IMG/VR virus record: IMGVR_UViG_3300028883_000032
Coordinates: 41,347 to 105,346 of that record
Length of the DNA stretch: 64,000 nucleotides
Strand: one strand, 5' to 3'
Source of the DNA: a virus
The translations under genes were made by a program, and so were the position numbers. Below, in pieces: positions 58,510 to 64,000 of this stretch (positions within the stretch are counted from its first letter, which is position 1; each line of letters begins with the position of its first letter). The notes beneath the pieces are model-generated. The model did not search any database and was not told where the DNA came from. It was given only the letters and a program-made list of their open reading frames with translations.

Positions 58510-59432
58510 CGTTTGTTTAGTTCCGGCATGAACATATTGTCTTTTGGCTTACCTAGCGATTTGCTGGGCACTCCCCAAAAATTTGAAAATGATTGTACCT
58601 TGGGAGTTCTTAACGGTTTCTGAAAAAACGCCTTGGATACTGTCAAGAATCCGGATGTTTTTGATAAGCCTTGTTGGAAAGAGGTTAAACCGACCGTTGT
58701 GAGAGCAGTACCCAAAATAGCTTTACGTAAATTACCGCTGTGCATAGTATTCTTCAAACCTGCTTGTGCAGCTTGTAGGCCTTTAACGGTATTTTCATTA
58801 GTTTTACCAAGACCATACCCAAGTGCAGCCCCCGCTAAGTCCTTACCAACAGCTTTGGTTTTATAGGTCTTTAGAACCGGGGATAGTGAATTCGTTTTAG
58901 CTGATTCAATAATACTTGATTTTAAATTTTTTGGTATTAATGCATTAATAATGTTATTATGAATACTTGTTGAAGTATGTTTTACATCCCTTTTGGATCG
59001 TCTTAAAGTTTTTTCTAATTTCTTTGATAGAGATTTTAGGGCCTCGTCCTCTTTCGGGGCACTTAAAGCCCTATTAACAGTATTTACTCCTGTGGCGGCA
59101 CCGACGAGACCGGCTCCAATTAATGCCGGATTTCGGTCCTCAGCAGTTTTCGTTGGATAAACTTTGACAGTACGGCTTAATGCTTTATCTATGGCTTTCC
59201 ATTGAGCGGGCAAAGACTTACCTGCTCTCATCAACGTTGTTGCTGCACCAACAGCAAAAAGCGCGTTGTTTAGTTGGTGCAATTTACCTGCACGGCGCAT
59301 AAGCTTTGTTGCAGACTCTGTCTGTTTTGCAAGCTGCTTATTTGTGTAAGCTTGGTTAGCAACCAGTCCCCCGCCTAAAGCGGCCATGGTGGCTAGCGCT
59401 GTAGTACTGCGATTGTTTTTACGCTCTGGCAT
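58497..59432 (-). CDS. basic Ala/Gly-rich putative internal virion protein
   Basis: Repeated hydrophobic Gly/Ala helices, KTAE. Confidence 0.6.
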   Translation of the reverse strand: MPERKNNRSTTALATMAALGGGLVANQAYTNKQLAKQTESATKLMRRAGKLHQLNNALFAVGAATTLMRAGKSLPAQWKAIDKALSRTVKVYPTKTAEDRNPALIGAGLVGAATGVNTVNRALSAPKEDEALKSLSKKLEKTLRRSKRDVKHTSTSIHNNIINALIPKNLKSSIIESAKTNSLSPVLKTYKTKAVGKDLAGAALGYGLGKTNENTVKGLQAAQAGLKNTMHSGNLRKAILGTALTTVGLTSFQQGLSKTSGFLTVSKAFFQKPLRTPKVQSFSNFWGVPSKSLGKPKDNMFMPELNKRWAM

Positions 59433-60450
59433 TTACTTTCCCATGAAAAATAGGTGGAGTTGATATGGAATGCAAGACAGCTCTACCAAGATTAGCCTTA
59501 TCTATCTTCTTGTCTTTTGTAAGTATCTTTTCTCCTCTATCGAGGCCAATATCCCAATAATCTGTATATGTCATTGTTTTACGGTCTTTAGATATGGTAC
59601 GGTAATAATCGCCTAAAGTTGAATGAGTTCCTAGGTGGCCACCGCTTCCCCTTGATCCTGGGCCTATACGGCGACTAACGTTTGGTGTAAATACACCTTT
59701 ATAGGAGTCTTTTTGTAGTTGATTGTGTTGATCTGTTCCCGGTTTGAAAGAGTAAGTGCCATCTTTGTTTTTCTGAATAAGCTTGTCAATAGTAGCTTTT
59801 GGCGCTACCGACTCTCTTGGCTTTAGCCCAAACATGCGCCGAGAAGCAAATTCTCTCACAGCCGCATCTTCATCAAGATGTTGTAAACTAGGTGCCCAAT
59901 TTGGCTTATCCTTAATTACTGCTTCAACTGCACGCTTAAACCCCAAATCCTTGATACTCTGCAACTTAAAGGTGGCATCATAGCCATAAGGTGATATTAA
60001 ATTAGTTGTCACGCGACCTACAGCTTTTGGGCCCAATGTTCCTACAACTGCTCCGGTTACAGTACCTGTAATGGCGGCATCTCGTACGCGGCGTCTGTTA
60101 ACTTTTTTTAGATCGCCAGTCAATGATTCAACACGCTTATCAGCAACATATTGGTCTATATTTGGTATGCGCTTCCCAAAAAATTTTACATCTTTTGGCC
60201 GATTAGCCTTTATATATTTTATCTGGCGCTTTATACCTTTAGCTTTGTTTGCAGTTAGAGCCAGAGAAGCTCCAGCCCCAAGAACACCTGGAACGGCATA
60301 CTGGGCAGCACGGTGTGTAGCATTACGGGCTTTAATAGATGTAAGCATACTTTTCGCAGAGCGTGTTTCATCGCCTACGAGCTTAAGTTTACCTACTAAA
60401 TCAGACGGTAGTATCATTCTAGTGTACTTTCTTTTGGGGTAAAAAAGCAA
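59419..60450 (-). CDS. basic putative internal virion protein
   Basis: 343 aa; C-terminal TLGDY...YTDYWD domain. Confidence 0.6.
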   Translation of the reverse strand: MLFYPKRKYTRMILPSDLVGKLKLVGDETRSAKSMLTSIKARNATHRAAQYAVPGVLGAGASLALTANKAKGIKRQIKYIKANRPKDVKFFGKRIPNIDQYVADKRVESLTGDLKKVNRRRVRDAAITGTVTGAVVGTLGPKAVGRVTTNLISPYGYDATFKLQSIKDLGFKRAVEAVIKDKPNWAPSLQHLDEDAAVREFASRRMFGLKPRESVAPKATIDKLIQKNKDGTYSFKPGTDQHNQLQKDSYKGVFTPNVSRRIGPGSRGSGGHLGTHSTLGDYYRTISKDRKTMTYTDYWDIGLDRGEKILTKDKKIDKANLGRAVLHSISTPPIFHGKVNARA

Positions 60451-60785
60451 GCATCATTTAGAGATGCTTACTATCACCAAAGCCCCTGCTAGGGTTATAG
60501 TGACTATGGGCCAAGCGACACAAAACAAGTATACATTGACTTGCTGGTATGTCATACCTGTGTGTTTTGAAACCCAATTCAAAGCATCAACACAGTTGTT
60601 AAAAGCTTTGTCTACCATGATAGCATCTCCCGAGTTAGGTTATACTATCTTATTCCCTTATTCAACTTTAGTATTATTTCTTTTCCTTTTTACCCGAAGA
60701 GCGTTGAATGGTATTTTTTGTTTCATTAAAAACTCTTGTTCCTCGGGATTGGTCTATCGGTTTTGGCATAGATTCCTTCCCTGTT

Positions 60786-61049
60786 CTAAATATACGCACA
60801 GAGCGGGTCCATTGTCCAGTATTTTCTATCCTGCGGGTTATACTGTGTAAATAAAGAGAATGGTTTAGCTGCGGTCTTTTTAAACCCCCAACGCCTTAAT
60901 GATTTAACTGGCGCACTTGTTGGTATTTCAGTGAGGGGCAGCCTCATGGCTTCCCTCATGTGATTTCCAGCAGATTCCCAATCACCGGCTGTTCTTGCCG
61001 CCTTGGCTTTTGTTATAAGTTCAGTAAACTTGGGGTTGAGATTTGGCAT
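60786..61049 (-). CDS. hypothetical protein
   Basis: AAGGA RBS, GFKKTAA motif. Confidence 0.5.
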   Translation of the reverse strand: MPNLNPKFTELITKAKAARTAGDWESAGNHMREAMRLPLTEIPTSAPVKSLRRWGFKKTAAKPFSLFTQYNPQDRKYWTMDPLCAYI

Positions 61050-61086
61050 AAGAAGGTAATCCTTACAAACTTACCCGGGAGGTAAG

Positions 61087-61347
61087 ATGTTCATGTTAAT
61101 TGTTATAAACCTGATTGCCGTTTTTGGCTTAGTCGGGGGCTTACTGTTGCTGGTAAAGCATGAAGGAGAAGCTGTGGGCATTAAACAATGCCTTTCTGAA
61201 TTAAATAATAAGTATACTGCTTTGGCGCGATTAAACGAAATCGCTCGTAAGCGGAAAACTATTAACGGTGTTATCTGGTTAAGCGGCGGCGTCTACCTAT
61301 TCTTTCTCTATCATTTCATATTGGTTGTGCATAATTATCTGGCATAA
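61087..61347 (+). CDS. small membrane protein, counter-oriented cassette
   Basis: Motif at 61044, GGAGG RBS, two hydrophobic helices. Confidence 0.65.
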   Translation: MFMLIVINLIAVFGLVGGLLLLVKHEGEAVGIKQCLSELNNKYTALARLNEIARKRKTINGVIWLSGGVYLFFLYHFILVVHNYLA

Positions 61348-61354
61348 GAATATA

Positions 61355-61550
61355 TGGTGATCTCGGACCTAGTCTTATGCACCGATCGCGCCTCGTGCCT
61401 GTTTTCCTTGGACGGGCCCAGGTAAAAAGTCACCCCGTGTATAACCGCATGGTTAGCCAAATCGGTGTAAGACAATGATCCGTGTTACCACACTTTTGGC
61501 GCTCTCGACGTTTTGGCTACGGCCAATCTGTCGGTTGCGTCAAATTTTTT
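61355..61550 (+). ncRNA. candidate structured ncRNA
   Basis: Motif at 61340; long rod GTCTTATGCACCGAT/ATCGGTGTAAGAC; terminal hairpin plus T run. Confidence 0.45.
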
Positions 61551-61927
61551 TAGCCCCTAGGAGACTGAAAATAAGGAGTACGCGACATAGTATTTGCGGC
61601 TGCTTGTATTGCCTCTGCTTGTGCCATTGCTTCACGGTGCTGACGCATGGTTTCCTGATGCTTCTGTAAAGCAGTTGCATGGCGAGCATCCTTACGAGCT
61701 AATTGGCGAGTTATCTCATTAATAGCCTTATATTTAGATAGGGCAGGGGCCATACCCAATGTTGGTATTCCCGTCATTATTGGGTGTCTTAATGGAAGAC
61801 GTTTGTTGTATTGCTGTGTAATCATCTGGCGCACAACAGGCTCATCTTCATCACCAAAATACGTGCCAATATTATCTTCAACATCGGACATGTTGAGAGT
61901 ACGCGCTTCTTTGAAAAATGGGATCAT
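61550..61927 (-). CDS. putative virion protein
   Basis: MIPFFKEA N-terminus, AAGGA RBS. Confidence 0.65.
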   Translation of the reverse strand: MIPFFKEARTLNMSDVEDNIGTYFGDEDEPVVRQMITQQYNKRLPLRHPIMTGIPTLGMAPALSKYKAINEITRQLARKDARHATALQKHQETMRQHREAMAQAEAIQAAANTMSRTPYFQSPRG

Positions 61928-62167
61928 TAGTCCTTCCTTATTTACATATTTGCGGGGTTAAATTTGGAATAAGATAGTAACATTAAGGCCTATGTCCTGT
62001 GAGCACAGGATGAAATCTCTAAAGACGGATTTAATCTCCGTCGGTGGCGCCCCAACCAAATGAGTCAACCAAACGGATTGAACATTTGGACATCGGGAGG
62101 ATAGAGGGCCGAGATTATTTGCTCCGGGTGTAGCGCCAGCACCTGTTTTTTTGGTATAAGAAATTAC

Positions 62168-62644
62168 ATGTTCACATTTAACGTTAAAGGGAAAACTATG
62201 TCTCAACAAGTTAAAATTGCTTTATTTAGTTTGGTACCATTGACCCTTCTTACTGCTATTATTGTGTTTACAAGTATTAGCAACCTGTGGCTGTGGTATG
62301 TCATTTTGTCTCTGGCATCAGTGGCCTATTTTGTTTACAATTACAAGAACGATATGGTATCTCAAATTATATTGCCAAAAATTAGTAACAGCACACGATG
62401 GATATTCAGTTCGGTTCAAACAATTAGCATGCTATTTATAATGGCATCATCTCCATTTAGCTGGTTGCTGCTATTAGGTCTTTTCATTTTTATGTGGACT
62501 TTAGTGCTGTCTGCAACCACTATATACCTACACGCTTTGACGGAACTCTACAAACTGTCTCAAAACCCTGAATCCCAAGCGGAAGAGCTTGAAAAGTTTG
62601 TGGAAGCCTTCCGGCTCGATTTCCTTTTAAAAAGGAATTTTTAG
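62168..62644 (+). CDS. membrane protein, counter-oriented cassette
   Basis: Motif at 62152, four hydrophobic helices, terminator at 62652-62676. Confidence 0.7.
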   Translation: MFTFNVKGKTMSQQVKIALFSLVPLTLLTAIIVFTSISNLWLWYVILSLASVAYFVYNYKNDMVSQIILPKISNSTRWIFSSVQTISMLFIMASSPFSWLLLLGLFIFMWTLVLSATTIYLHALTELYKLSQNPESQAEELEKFVEAFRLDFLLKRNF

Positions 62645-62701
62645 TATCATGGGCCGGGTAACTGGCCTATTTTTTAGCCTAAAAATGGTATAAGATAATA
62701 T

Positions 62702-62863
62702 AGGATGTTACTATATCCTTGCGGGCCATTTCCCTAGTCGGCTTACCCAGTTGACTGTTCGCGAGAGCAGCGATGCGCGCTGCGAAGCATCCAAAGGTGC
62801 TAAAAAGCACGGACTTGTGCACAAGTCCATGGGTAAACAACCGTTGATGCTACGGTTGTTTTT
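62702..62863 (+). ncRNA. candidate multi-hairpin ncRNA
   Basis: Motif at 62686; TTACCCA/TGGGTAA stem closes four hairpins; terminator. Confidence 0.45.
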
Positions 62864-63305
62864 AGTCCAAATAAACATGAGCTGGGTCACCATTTTTATC
62901 CCAAACTTTGGGATCCTTCATTAATTGACTTATCAGTTTCGGAGCACCTTTGACACGTGCACGTATGAAAGCACTACCGTCGCCATCAACACTCAGTTTT
63001 AATTCCCTTGACGACCCTGAAGAACAACACCAATTGATGTGCCCTAAATGTTTTAACAGATTAATAATATTACCCTTACCACCGATTATTTCTACGGTGA
63101 TCTTTGTATCCGTTTGATTAAACCCAAATTTTTTTAACACTTTGCCTACGTCGGCCCAAGTTGTAGCAGTAGTATCCACAGGCTTAAAAGCTCTAGCTAT
63201 ATCATTTGGACTAGTAGTTAACTTTCCTAAAATGTAACCATGTGTTTTTAACTTCTGCGAAGTTGTCATTTTAGGTATTGCTTCTATTAATCTGTCTGGT
63301 GACAT
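62862..63305 (-). CDS. hypothetical protein
   Basis: 147 aa, GSSR...VDGDG motif. Confidence 0.65.
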   Translation of the reverse strand: MSPDRLIEAIPKMTTSQKLKTHGYILGKLTTSPNDIARAFKPVDTTATTWADVGKVLKKFGFNQTDTKITVEIIGGKGNIINLLKHLGHINWCCSSGSSRELKLSVDGDGSAFIRARVKGAPKLISQLMKDPKVWDKNGDPAHVYLD

Positions 63306-63313
63306 CTTTTATC

Positions 63314-63763
63314 TTACTGTGAGTTTGATTTTAGGCCTATTGTTGCTAAAGCACCAAGTCCTAATACAGGAGCAATAGTGTTTAATTGTCCTCTGGCGGC
63401 AATCATTTTTTTTATGCCTGCCAAGCGTTTTGTGGATGCCAAGTCACCTACAAAAGCTCCAGCTATACCCCCACCCATAAGCCCGTGTAATGGCGGTTCA
63501 TTACGTATTAAGCTGGTATTTCCTCCAATAACAGCTCCTAATCCGGCGCCTACTGATCTTCTATTATTTACTACTTTTAGATCAGACCGTATTTCTTTTG
63601 CAAGTTGATTAGATCTTAATGCCGCTCCGGTCGCCCCTGCTGCTAGTCCTAGACCGGTACCTGTCATAATTCTATCTTTCTTCTTTAATATCTTCCCCAA
63701 ACGCTTTGTCTCCCCTTCAGAGGGATCGGCGTAGGCACCTACTTTAAAAAATGGTACTTTCAT
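63314..63763 (-). CDS. glycine-zipper putative virion protein
   Basis: MKVPFFKVG N-terminus, GAGLGAVIGG. Confidence 0.6.
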   Translation of the reverse strand: MKVPFFKVGAYADPSEGETKRLGKILKKKDRIMTGTGLGLAAGATGAALRSNQLAKEIRSDLKVVNNRRSVGAGLGAVIGGNTSLIRNEPPLHGLMGGGIAGAFVGDLASTKRLAGIKKMIAARGQLNTIAPVLGLGALATIGLKSNSQ

Positions 63764-64000
63764 GTTTACACACCGTTGTATAAAATTATATAAGACCTTT
63801 TCAAAAATATAAAAAAATTATAAAATTTCGATGGGTCCCTAGGGCAGCTCTTAAAGGTACGTTCCTACTATGTGGTAAGATACGGTTAGAGATACCGGTA
63901 TGGGTTTCTGACAAGTTGTTGGTTTGCAGTAAGCATGCTTTTTAAAAAAAAGTTGGTTTGTGTCTTTCGTCCTTAAGATTAACACTTTCCACATAAGGAG

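Noticed and set aside
1..64000. Stop-codon reassignment, as seen in some large phages
   Set aside because: Long conserved genes are intact in code 11, TAG and TGA end genes at sensible places, and no suppressor tRNA was found

Overview
AT-rich segment of a large tailed-phage (myovirus-like, jumbo/huge-phage type) genome in the standard genetic code, split into two convergent arms that meet at a bidirectional terminator near 32160. The + arm (1-32146) carries a dispersed tRNA cluster, including tRNA-Ser interrupted by a group I intron with an HNH gene and several aberrant tRNA-like RNAs. It also encodes RNA-repair and nucleotide enzymes, ThyX, a truncated AlaRS, DNA ligase, a sigma-70 factor and a family A DNA polymerase. 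The - arm (32173-63763) is the virion module: two tail-tube paralogues, sheath, neck proteins, major capsid protein, prohead protease, large terminase, PhoH and many Gly/Ala/Lys-rich probable internal proteins. The strongest candidate new system is a five-gene ubiquitin-like conjugation operon at 3419-8178: an E2-like protein with Cys, a paralogous pseudo-E2 without Cys, a JAB protease, an E1 and a Ubl ending in Gly-Asn. Also notable are a ~700-nt GOLLD/ROOL-like RNA, a permuted Y-RNA-like tRNA mimic, a repeated TGGHATAAGA promoter-like motif heading structured non-coding cassettes, an AACCA motif that replaces the Shine-Dalgarno before many core genes, and a recurrent K-x-A motif in head-module proteins. 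All family assignments come from reading motifs by eye; no searches were run.
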